DNA of 64,000 nucleotides. Source: Rhodothermales bacterium (GTDB lineage Bacteria; Bacteroidota; Rhodothermia; Rhodothermales; Bin80). The stretch lies in the NCBI GenBank assembly GCA_965220935.1, contig OZ244857.1:3689844-3753843 (forward strand). Direction: 5' to 3'. The first letter of the stretch is position 1, and each line of letters starts with the position of its first letter. A model generated the notes under the pieces. The model was given only the letters and a program-made list of their open reading frames with translations, was not told where the DNA came from and did not search any database. Shown here in pieces: positions 29,481 to 38,042 of the stretch. The translations under genes were made by a program, and so were the position numbers.

Positions 29481-30713
29481 CTAATTACACAAATGGTGGT
29501 TAGATTCGGATTGACGCTTCAACACCCGTGCCTCTAAAAGAGGTCTTATGTAGGCTCCACATCCATTAAAGGACGCCAACCCCGACGCCCTGATGTTTAA
29601 TGCAGCATTCAATTGATGATTACAGGACTGACACAAAAACGTACGTTGTGTCTTTCGGTTTTCCTTACTCACATGTCCACACTTGGAACACCTCTGGCTG
29701 GTATACAGTGGATGCACCTTGACAACCACCCCACGCTCTTCCAAATATCGTTTCAACTGCCCCCACCCTGTTTCTCGGATGACACGATTCAATCCTGTTT
29801 TCTGCTTCACATTCTTTCCAGGGTTCTCTACCGTACCCTTGACGCTTGTTGTCATATTTTTGGTTTTCAAGTCCTCCAACAAGATAAGATCCGATTGAAT
29901 ACTAATTCCCTTTGCAATGTGCATCAGATCATTCTGTCTTATGTTTGCAATTTCATGTTGATGCCTCCCAATGGTGTTAAGCAGTTTTCCGTACCGCTGA
30001 CTTCCACGCTTACGCCTTGATAAACGCTTTTGAAGTTTCTTCACGCGTTGGACGTGATGGGATGTATCCGTCAAATACCAGATATTCCCCATGCTATCGG
30101 CTACCTGCCCCACATTCCGATCTACTCCGATTCCTGGACCATCCATTTGACATTCCGCAGCATCTACCTCAAAGACAAGGGTCATGTACCACTTACCTTG
30201 ATCCTCAAAGATACGTCCATATTTGGCCTTGTGATTGGGATACCTGTTCACGCGCTTCCAGTCCATTAACTTGATCTGAAGTCCACGCCTTAGACGGAAA
30301 TAACCATTTTCTGAGAGGCGGTCATCAAGATCAATGGCAAAAGACTTTTTCGCCTTCCCTTTCTTCTTAAACGTTGGGTATGCCCTTGTTTTCTTAAAAA
30401 ACTGTTTAAATGCATTTGATACATCCTGTAAATCCGTTCGAGTCAAGACGGCAGGATACGCTTTCAGCCATTGCACATCTTCCTTATACTTCCTATACCA
30501 TTTACAGAGAGAGAAATAGGAGGATTCGGATTGCCCCGTTTCTTCATATTGCTTACTCAGATACGCTGCAGCAGCATTCCACAAATATCGATTCGCTCCT
30601 GCAAGTCCATTAATAAATTGGTATGATTTCTTACTCCCCCGGATCCGAAAACGAATCGTTACCTGTGAGCGTGAACCATAGTTGTTTTTCTTCTTTAAAG
30701 CCTTTGCGGACAT
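29481..30713 (-). CDS. tnpB: TnpB-like RNA-guided nuclease homologue (IS200/IS605 OrfB, no TnpA), third RuvC Asp absent
   Basis: 410 aa with RuvC-I 'IGVDRNVG', RuvC-II 'LILLEDLK' and zinc finger 'CSKCGH...CQSCNH'. The expected '(A/R)DxNAAxNI' reads 'HQLNAALNI'. Confidence 0.9.
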   Translation of the reverse strand: MSAKALKKKNNYGSRSQVTIRFRIRGSKKSYQFINGLAGANRYLWNAAAAYLSKQYEETGQSESSYFSLCKWYRKYKEDVQWLKAYPAVLTRTDLQDVSNAFKQFFKKTRAYPTFKKKGKAKKSFAIDLDDRLSENGYFRLRRGLQIKLMDWKRVNRYPNHKAKYGRIFEDQGKWYMTLVFEVDAAECQMDGPGIGVDRNVGQVADSMGNIWYLTDTSHHVQRVKKLQKRLSRRKRGSQRYGKLLNTIGRHQHEIANIRQNDLMHIAKGISIQSDLILLEDLKTKNMTTSVKGTVENPGKNVKQKTGLNRVIRETGWGQLKRYLEERGVVVKVHPLYTSQRCSKCGHVSKENRKTQRTFLCQSCNHQLNAALNIRASGLASFNGCGAYIRPLLEARVLKRQSESNHHLCN

Positions 30714-30825
30714 AGGATTAAGTGTAAGTTGATGTTATGGTAAGTGATAGGGTAGATTCGCAGTTATCCTATTGTGTCCGTTAGACTCAACAGCGTTGAA
30801 AAAGTTTACCGTGCGTAAAACATTC

Positions 30826-30837
30826 TATATAATTCCC
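30826..30837 (+). promoter_or_regulatory. TATATAATTCCC motif copy upstream of dcm
   Basis: Exact 12-mer with 'ttaccgt' 13 nt upstream. Lies 140 nt before the dcm ATG, in the divergent tnpB/dcm spacer. Confidence 0.4.
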
Positions 30838-30977
30838 TTTGATTTCATCCATAACCGTCAGAAAACCGTAAAAGAGTGTTGATACGAAAAAGTGTATTTT
30901 GATGTCTTCGTTTGACTGATACCGAGTTTTGCTGACAATCAAGATTAGGTGTTTGATCTATTGAAATATCAGTTCTG

Positions 30978-32027
30978 ATGCCCTCAATAAAGGCTTTTGA
31001 TATGTTTTGTGGTGTAGGAGGATTATCCTATGGCTTAAAGATGGCCGGAATCCCTGTTGTCGCTGGACTGGACAGTGATGCAACATGTCGTTATGCTTTT
31101 GAGCAAAACTGTAAAGCAAAATTTGTCCACACCGATATCGAAAAATTTAGTTATTCAGATATTTCCAATTATTTCAATGGAGTTAAGTACCGAGTTCTTG
31201 TTGGATGTGCACCATGTCAGCCGTTTTCAGCTCATACGGCCAAGATTGGAATTGCTCGGAAAGATGATAAGAGGTGGAATCTGATTCATGAATTTATGCG
31301 ATTTATCTCTGACGGAAGACCAGAAATTGTTTCAATGGAAAATGTCCCGAGACTCAGAAAAGAAGATGTATACTTGGAGTTTAAAGAGTCATTGAAAAAC
31401 TTGGGGTATTATGTCAGAGATGGGGTGGTTGATTGTGAATACTTTGAAGTACCACAAAAGCGCCGACGATTAGTTTTACTGGCTTCGTTACTTGATGATA
31501 TATCTTTGCCTGAGAAAACGGTCAGCAAGCCAGTCACTGTTAGAGCATCCATTGAGCATCTGAACCCCCTTAACAAGGGCAAAGCTAGTCCCATGGATCC
31601 TTTACATGTGTGCAGAAATTTATCCCCCCTTAATTTGAAACGACTACAGGCCTCAGTTCCATCTGGAACATGGAGAGATTGGCCCGAAGATTTACTGTTG
31701 GAGTGCCATAGAAAAAGTAGCGGCGAAACGTACTCTTGCGTTTACGGGCGAATGAGCTGGGATATGCCGTCACCAACAATTACGACTCATTTTAATTCTT
31801 ACGGTTCTGGTCGTTTTGGTCATCCAGAGCAGGATAGAGGCTTGAGCATACGGGAAGGATCTATTTTACAATCCTTTCCCGAGGATTATAAATTCTTCCC
31901 CAAGGATCAGCCACTTTCCATGTCTATATTAGCACGCCATATTGGCAATGCTGTTCCTCCCTTACTGGGGAAAGCAATTGGAAAAACGATCGTTAAACAT
32001 ATCAAGAGATTTGATAGGAAGCAATGA
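30978..32027 (+). CDS. dcm: DNA (cytosine-5) methyltransferase
   Basis: 349 aa with motif I 'FDMFCGVGGLSYG', motif IV 'GCAPCQPFS', 'ENV' and C-terminal 'IGNAVPP'. Confidence 0.9.
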   Translation: MPSIKAFDMFCGVGGLSYGLKMAGIPVVAGLDSDATCRYAFEQNCKAKFVHTDIEKFSYSDISNYFNGVKYRVLVGCAPCQPFSAHTAKIGIARKDDKRWNLIHEFMRFISDGRPEIVSMENVPRLRKEDVYLEFKESLKNLGYYVRDGVVDCEYFEVPQKRRRLVLLASLLDDISLPEKTVSKPVTVRASIEHLNPLNKGKASPMDPLHVCRNLSPLNLKRLQASVPSGTWRDWPEDLLLECHRKSSGETYSCVYGRMSWDMPSPTITTHFNSYGSGRFGHPEQDRGLSIREGSILQSFPEDYKFFPKDQPLSMSILARHIGNAVPPLLGKAIGKTIVKHIKRFDRKQ

Positions 32028-33700
32028 GTGATACGCCTAGATACAAAATGACGCTGAGCCTCAATGTCCTTCGTCATCTGGGCATCGGGCTCTATTCCAA
32101 CGTACCAGCCGTGTTGTCTGAACTCGTAGCTAATTCCTGGGATGCTGATGCGACAAGCGTGGACATATCTGTCAATACCGAGAAAGGCATGATTGAGGTG
32201 ATGGACACAGGGTGCGGAATGACGCTTCATGACATTAACGAACGCTTTTTGAAGGTGGGCTACCAGCGCAGGGAGGAGGGAGATATCACCCATGGTGGTC
32301 GGCCGATCATGGGGCGCAAAGGGATCGGGAAGCTTTCAGCGTTTTCTATTGCTCAAATCGTAGAGGTACACACCATCAAAGATGGAGTGAAAAATGCCTT
32401 CCAGATGGATCGAGATGCCATAGAATCTCGAATTAAGGGGGAAGAAGACAATGATTACTACCCCGAACCCATTAACCCAGACACGGGGACGCTTCAACAA
32501 GGAACCCGGCTTGTATTGAGAAACCTCAACAGAGATTTGTCCAGAACAGTGACGTATCTTCAAAGGCGACTTGCTAGACGATTCAGTATTATTGGACCAG
32601 AGCACGGCTTTGAGGTAATGGTCAATACGTTTCCAATCACACCAAAGGATAGAGGGTTCCATGATACTCTAGAGTTCTTGTGGTATTTTGGTGAACATGG
32701 TGAGGCCATGGCTAGTACGGCTGGCTCTCTGAAGCATAAAATACAGATTAGTGGAGAGGTCACAGTTTCGTCAGAAGGGGACGCGGAACAAATGTATCAG
32801 GTCAGCGGGTGGATCGGCACGGTAGAGAAACCTGAGACATTAGACGAGGTGAACAACGCGATCGTCTTGTTGGCTCGCGGAAAGCTAGTGCACGAGGATC
32901 TGCTTCCAGAGTTTAAAGAAGCAGGTGTCTACGCTGATTATGTCTTGGGGGAGATCAATGCAGATTTTCTTGATACAGACGAAGAAGACATCATAACAAG
33001 CGGGCGCCAGAGCGTGAAAGAGGATGCACCGCGATATGCAGCGGTTATTGAATTTGTGGAGAAAACGCTGAGGACAGTGAGCAAAGAGTGGACAGGTCTC
33101 AGGAAGCAGCGAAGTAAGACACGTGCACTATCTTATCGAACCATTAAAGAGTGGTACGATGGGTTGGGGCCAGATAAAAAAAGAACTGCCGAACGACTGT
33201 TCGGCAAGATAGAGTCACTTCGTCTGCGAGATAAAAACGCCATAAAGGAATTGTATAAATCAAGCATTCTAGCATTTGAGAAATTAGCACTAAAGGATAT
33301 GCTGACCGCCCTGAATACGCTTGAAACCAAAGAGAGTTTTGATACCCTGGCCCGGCTCATAACTGGGATTGACGAGATTGAGGCCGTCCATTATTACGAA
33401 GTAGTAACAGGGCGCCTGGCAGTCATCTCGGAGTTTGCAGGTCTTCGGAAGACGGCCTTGGAAAAGGTGCTTCAACGTCATATATTCAATCACCTCTGGC
33501 TCCTGCATCCCTCTTGGGAACGGGCAACGTCAAACTCCAGAATAGAAGAAGCAGTTACAAAAGAATTCGGCAGGATTAATGCTCGGCTCAGCGAAGAGGA
33601 AAAGAAAGGCCGAATAGATATCCGGTATCAAACGGCAGCAGGGAAGCACGTCATTGTTGAACTCAAGAAATATGACCGCAGTGTTGCGTATTGGACTTAG
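32024..33700 (+). CDS. MORC-like GHKL (HATPase_c_3-type) ATPase with the start of a PD-(D/E)xK nuclease domain
   Basis: N-box 'ELVANSWDADA', G1 box 'DTGCGMT' and 'GRKGIGKLS'. The C-terminus 'IDIRYQTAAGKHVIVELKK' is a D...ExK nuclease core. 4-nt overlap with dcm. Confidence 0.8.
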   Translation: MSDTPRYKMTLSLNVLRHLGIGLYSNVPAVLSELVANSWDADATSVDISVNTEKGMIEVMDTGCGMTLHDINERFLKVGYQRREEGDITHGGRPIMGRKGIGKLSAFSIAQIVEVHTIKDGVKNAFQMDRDAIESRIKGEEDNDYYPEPINPDTGTLQQGTRLVLRNLNRDLSRTVTYLQRRLARRFSIIGPEHGFEVMVNTFPITPKDRGFHDTLEFLWYFGEHGEAMASTAGSLKHKIQISGEVTVSSEGDAEQMYQVSGWIGTVEKPETLDEVNNAIVLLARGKLVHEDLLPEFKEAGVYADYVLGEINADFLDTDEEDIITSGRQSVKEDAPRYAAVIEFVEKTLRTVSKEWTGLRKQRSKTRALSYRTIKEWYDGLGPDKKRTAERLFGKIESLRLRDKNAIKELYKSSILAFEKLALKDMLTALNTLETKESFDTLARLITGIDEIEAVHYYEVVTGRLAVISEFAGLRKTALEKVLQRHIFNHLWLLHPSWERATSNSRIEEAVTKEFGRINARLSEEEKKGRIDIRYQTAAGKHVIVELKKYDRSVAYWT

Positions 33701-33987
33701 TGGGGCAACTTGAAAAATACAGGGATGCCCTGCAAAAATGCTTAGAGACTCGGTACCCAGAGGAGCCTACTCATATTGAAATCATCACGATTCTTGGCTC
33801 ACCGCCAACTCCCAGAGATAAGCCTCAGAGAAATCATGGATACCTTAGTCAGATCGGAGCCCGATACGTAACATACGACCAACTTGTACTTGAAGCCGAG
33901 CGTAGCTACAAAGACTATATTGAGCGACAGGCTAAAATGTCTAAACTCGCTGACCTTATTGAGCGTTTGGATAATGATTTTGCGTAA
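33691..33987 (+). pseudogene. detached C-terminal part of the nuclease domain (frameshift fragment)
   Basis: Overlaps the preceding ORF by 10 nt in another frame. Begins '(L)DLVGQLEKYRDAL', supplying the QxxxY motif that normally follows ExK in PD-(D/E)xK nucleases. Confidence 0.55.
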
Positions 33988-34009
33988 CCCCCTACTGATG
34001 AACAGTGTT

Positions 34010-34957
34010 TCACAACAGTGATTCAATACTGAATCCCTCAGAAGATAATCTAGTAATTTTGGCCATCTGGCGAATTCGTCGAGCATTGCCATAGCCAGCA
34101 ATCACAACAACCATATGCACGGCCTGCAAGATAAGGTGTCGCTGATCAACACCATGTGCTCCTTCTCGGGCAAGGTCGTTGAGGCGTTGCAAGGCCTTAT
34201 CAGCATCCTCACCGTGAATTGTAGCACAGCCACCAGGGTGTCCAGTAATCCACGCATCTAATAGATCTTTGGCTGAGCCATCTCGCACCTCCCCAATAAT
34301 AATCCGATTTGGTGTGGCGCGGAGGCTGAATTTTAGGAGATCCGTCATTCCAATCTTAGGAGTTGTCATGAGTTGAAGCGTGTCTGTTGCCTCAATAGCC
34401 AACTCTGATGTATCTTCAAGAATGACGAGTCGCTCTTCTGGGAAAGTATCAACAATCATTTTCAGAACCGCATTGCAGAGTGTCGTTTTTCCACTACCAG
34501 TGGGCCCAGCAATTAAGATGTTTTGGCGAGATTTAATCGCCTTGGTCAAGACTGAAAATTCGCGGGATGTCATCACTGAACTTGTCACATATTCCTGTAG
34601 AGTTGGGATTTGGCGGCATGGCTTGCGGATGTTAAATGCAGGCCCAAGGGTCAGTGGAGGGATAAATCCTTGAATCCGGCATTTGCCAAGGTCTGTCTGC
34701 GAGATTGCAGCTGCAAGAAAGGGATGGTGACGATCAAACTGACTTGAGGTAATTGAAGCAATGGTTCGAAGAAAGGCCTCAGCATTTTTTGGAGATAAAC
34801 GAATGGTTGTTGCAGTTCTATTGCCAGATGACTTAATTGTACGTACGATCAGATCAGGGTTGATATAGACTTCGTCAATCTTTGGATCACGGAGAAGCGT
34901 AAGCACATCATCACTGAGGTATTCACGAATCAACCCATTCAAGCGTGCAGAATTCAT
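34010..34957 (-). CDS. trbB: TrbB/VirB11 conjugation ATPase
   Basis: 315 aa with Walker A 'GPTGSGKTTL', 'LEDTSEL' and 'RIIIGEVRD'. Confidence 0.9.
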   Translation of the reverse strand: MNSARLNGLIREYLSDDVLTLLRDPKIDEVYINPDLIVRTIKSSGNRTATTIRLSPKNAEAFLRTIASITSSQFDRHHPFLAAAISQTDLGKCRIQGFIPPLTLGPAFNIRKPCRQIPTLQEYVTSSVMTSREFSVLTKAIKSRQNILIAGPTGSGKTTLCNAVLKMIVDTFPEERLVILEDTSELAIEATDTLQLMTTPKIGMTDLLKFSLRATPNRIIIGEVRDGSAKDLLDAWITGHPGGCATIHGEDADKALQRLNDLAREGAHGVDQRHLILQAVHMVVVIAGYGNARRIRQMAKITRLSSEGFSIESLL

Positions 34958-35493
34958 CGTTTAGATAGAATATTATAAGGTGGAATTCCACATGGAACTG
35001 GGCCATAATATCTACTATCATAACTCAGTGGATGATGAGTGCTGATCAAAAAACATTCCTCTGCCTTAAGAATGTGAGTGCCGATCGCATTGGGTAAACG
35101 CCTGCCTTCGCGATCATGAATATAGATGGGAGCGTTAAGATTCTCAGATCCCTTTACTTGAGTCATCTTTTCGTGGACAATCACCGTATCTCCATGCAAA
35201 GCAACCACCGGTTTGCCAATGCTTGTTGCTCCTCCTGGGCAAACTCCCTGACGCAGATAACCACGCTCAATAGAAAACCTATTGAGCGCCTCAGGCAAAC
35301 ACATGCGGATCACATCTCCCCGTTTGAGGGTTGATGCCTTTGTCATATGATAGAGTCCGAGAGGAAGCGATGTGGATGTATTGACAAAAAAAGATGGACT
35401 CGGTTGATCTACGGGTAGCATGCGAATATAAATCGCAGCCATACCTAAGGCACCTATCACAAGGCATCCTAGATATTGAAGGCGACATATCAT
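34954..35493 (-). CDS. traF: TraF conjugative signal peptidase (S26 family, pilin maturation)
   Basis: 179 aa with 'NTSTSLPLGLY', 'LKRGDVI', 'ERGYLRQGVCPGG', 'GKPVVALHGDTV' and 'SYDSRYYGPV'. Confidence 0.8.
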   Translation of the reverse strand: MICRLQYLGCLVIGALGMAAIYIRMLPVDQPSPSFFVNTSTSLPLGLYHMTKASTLKRGDVIRMCLPEALNRFSIERGYLRQGVCPGGATSIGKPVVALHGDTVIVHEKMTQVKGSENLNAPIYIHDREGRRLPNAIGTHILKAEECFLISTHHPLSYDSRYYGPVPCGIPPYNILSKR

Positions 35494-36218
35494 TGGTCAA
35501 TGACAGTGAAATTCCCCAGTCGGTATCCAACTCCATGTACCTTCAAAATATGCTTTGGATTTTCTGGATCATCATCAAGTTTACATCTGAGAGCATAGGC
35601 ATGTCGATCAATGGTTCGAGTTTTTAGGTCATGAGGAATTTTCAAAACCCATACATTAAATTCAGGTCTTGAAACGGCGTGGCCTTTTCGGAAAGCCATA
35701 TGGTGGAGCACCTTCCACTCCAGTGGTGTGAAATGAACAGGCTCGCTATCTTTATGCGCAATTCTGGCTCTAAAATCGCATTGCGTTTTGCCGACTCGGA
35801 TTTTGGCAGGTTGATGACCATTATAATGTACACGCCTGCAAATCGCTTTGGCCCGAGTCATCAGTTCATGTGCATTGAAGGGTTTTCCCATGTAGTCATC
35901 TGCACCTGCTTCTAATCCGCGCACACGAGCTCCTATTGAATCCATCCCAGAAACAATGATGATCGGGATGTGGCAGCCAAAGTCCCGTACCTGCTTTATC
36001 AGCGTAATGCCATCCATGTCTGGCATGGTGATATCTATGATGGCAAGATCAAGAAAATCTTCAAATTGAATCAAAGATGCTGCGTCACGACCATTGTCTG
36101 TGACTGTGACCTTTGCGCCTTCTTTTTCAAACACATGTCTAATCGCTCTTGTAGTTGCGGCATCATCTTCTGCGATGAGCACCTTGGAAAACAATTTTGG
36201 ACTGGTTGTATACATCAT
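35490..36218 (-). CDS. OmpR-family response regulator
   Basis: Receiver domain 'VLIAEDD...LAIIDITMPDMDG...IIIVSG' followed by winged helix 'LEWKVLHHM...VHGVGYRL'. Confidence 0.9.
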   Translation of the reverse strand: MMYTTSPKLFSKVLIAEDDAATTRAIRHVFEKEGAKVTVTDNGRDAASLIQFEDFLDLAIIDITMPDMDGITLIKQVRDFGCHIPIIIVSGMDSIGARVRGLEAGADDYMGKPFNAHELMTRAKAICRRVHYNGHQPAKIRVGKTQCDFRARIAHKDSEPVHFTPLEWKVLHHMAFRKGHAVSRPEFNVWVLKIPHDLKTRTIDRHAYALRCKLDDDPENPKHILKVHGVGYRLGNFTVIDQ

Positions 36219-36865
36219 GGTAAATCAACGAGAATGTTTTGTGGAAGAATAATCCGAATGACGGTTCCGACTCCAAGGGTGCTGGCAACTTCAACCTTTC
36301 CACCATGAGACCGAACAATATCTTGGACAATGGCAAGCCCCATGCCATTGCCAGAATTCGTAGAGTTTCCTCGGAAATGAGGCTTGAAAATATGCGGTAG
36401 GGTTTTAATTGGAATTCCATATCCACGATCACGAATACGAAGTTGGATCCCATCAGATTGTAACGCCGCTGCAATCACAATTTCAGAGGGTTGGCTGTAT
36501 GTGACTGCGTTATCAAGAAGATTGGTCAATACACGTCCGAAGGCTGAACCGTCACCTATAACAAGAGGTAGGTCGGATGGCAAAAGTAACACGAATGAAT
36601 ACTCTGGATGCAGATTCTCATAGATTGAAACCATGTCTTGAAGTAAGATGGCAAGATCAACATGATTGCGCCCGGTTGATGGAGGACTCTGTTCAAGTAT
36701 ACTGCGCGTGATGTGCATCAGTCGGGTGATTTGATCCGAGATAACTTCATGGCATGCATCACGATCAGGATCATTCGGTTTCATGTTCCGCAGTCGGTCA
36801 TTATAGAGCGAAATAGCGCTGAGAGGTGTTTTCATGTCGTGCGACAATCTAGCAAGTTGATTCAT
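36215..36865 (-). CDS. sensor-less histidine kinase (DHp + catalytic domain only)
   Basis: 216 aa starting at H-box 'LARLSHDMKTPLSAI'. N box 'LTNLLDNAVTY', G boxes 'DRGYGIP' and 'GNGMGLAIV'. No TM or sensor region. Confidence 0.85.
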   Translation of the reverse strand: MNQLARLSHDMKTPLSAISLYNDRLRNMKPNDPDRDACHEVISDQITRLMHITRSILEQSPPSTGRNHVDLAILLQDMVSIYENLHPEYSFVLLLPSDLPLVIGDGSAFGRVLTNLLDNAVTYSQPSEIVIAAALQSDGIQLRIRDRGYGIPIKTLPHIFKPHFRGNSTNSGNGMGLAIVQDIVRSHGGKVEVASTLGVGTVIRIILPQNILVDLP

Positions 36866-37760
36866 GAGCAGAAAATTGATTTAAGTTAGAAGGTGACATA
36901 CGATCATCTCGGCAAAGAGTGATTTGCATTGATAATTAGTTTGATTTGAGGGACATGTATCGCGAGCGACCTCAATATTTTTGTAGCAAAAAAGAGTAAC
37001 ATGCAATTAGTATGTTTTTCGTGGATCAGAGAGAAAAATAATTTATGATAAACATATAATATAAATATAATTAATATATTATTCAAACTAAATTGTAACG
37101 CTACGGTGAAGATTGCGCAAATAACCGTGCTTTTGCCTTCAATGGATGGGAGAATCTCAGTAATGACGTTGAATCATTGATGTGAAAACGATTGAGAGGC
37201 TTTGTGGTCTTTGAAAGATGTGTAGAGAATTTTTCCTTTTACTGAGGTGCACTAAGTCTACCTCTGGTAAGTTTCTAGTCAAGGAAGCAGTTCTTGTTGA
37301 CAGGCGATGCAGGAATCCTATTGTCTATAGACAACATTTCATGGTATCCATACGATAATTTTCTTTTAATTCTATGCCAAATTTCTCATCCTTAATTCCA
37401 ATTTTTAGATGCCAAATTAATCTTATTCTACGGGCCTTTCGTATCGTTACGAAAATCCCGTGTGACATGATCTATTGGTTGAGATCTGTCTGCACAAAAT
37501 AGTTGAATTAAAGTTCGTCATCCATGATGTCCCTCAGTGACTACCTGTTTTACGGTAATGCTGGTAGCTTAAAGTACAACCGACAGAACCACATTTAACT
37601 CATTCATAGTGATGTTCTGGCAATATGTCATCTGCGCTTCATGCCAACAAAATCTCAAAATGAACCTTTGCAATCTTTTGACTGTAAGAAGTGATTAATT
37701 GGTGCGAGAATTTTTTCTTAACTTATTGATTGTCATAGTTCATAAACTCGTTTATTTGTT

Positions 37761-38042
37761 ATGTTAATCCTCAACATTCTCATTTCTTTTTCATTTATTG
37801 GTCACGGATCTGTTGTGGATTCTGATGCAGACACCGGTGATCGTGTACAAACGATGGCCGTGACTTCGGCATTAGACACGCATCATGGACACCCAGACGG
37901 AATTTCATTCCATGGGCGTTCATCCGACACGGGCATTATGACCGAGAGCGCTACCCTTTCGTTAGATCCCTTCACGCGTTCTCTCCCATCTACCCCCCCC
38001 CCCCCATTTTTTCTTCACCCAGTGAGACGGGTGTGCAGCTGA
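37761..38042 (+). CDS. out-of-frame N-terminal leader ORF of the second FN3 adhesin
   Basis: 93-aa ORF 'MLILNILISFSFIGHG...SLPSTPPPPFFLHPVRRVCS' that runs into the C13 tract and terminates 37 nt later. The adhesin frame is open back to 37841. Confidence 0.5.
   Translation: MLILNILISFSFIGHGSVVDSDADTGDRVQTMAVTSALDTHHGHPDGISFHGRSSDTGIMTESATLSLDPFTRSLPSTPPPPFFLHPVRRVCS
37993..38005 (+). repeat. homopolymeric C13 tract between leader ORF and adhesin body
   Basis: Counted directly (8 c + 5 c). The context ATCTA-C13-ATTTTTT is the same flank as the C16 tract of the other adhesin. Confidence 0.95.
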
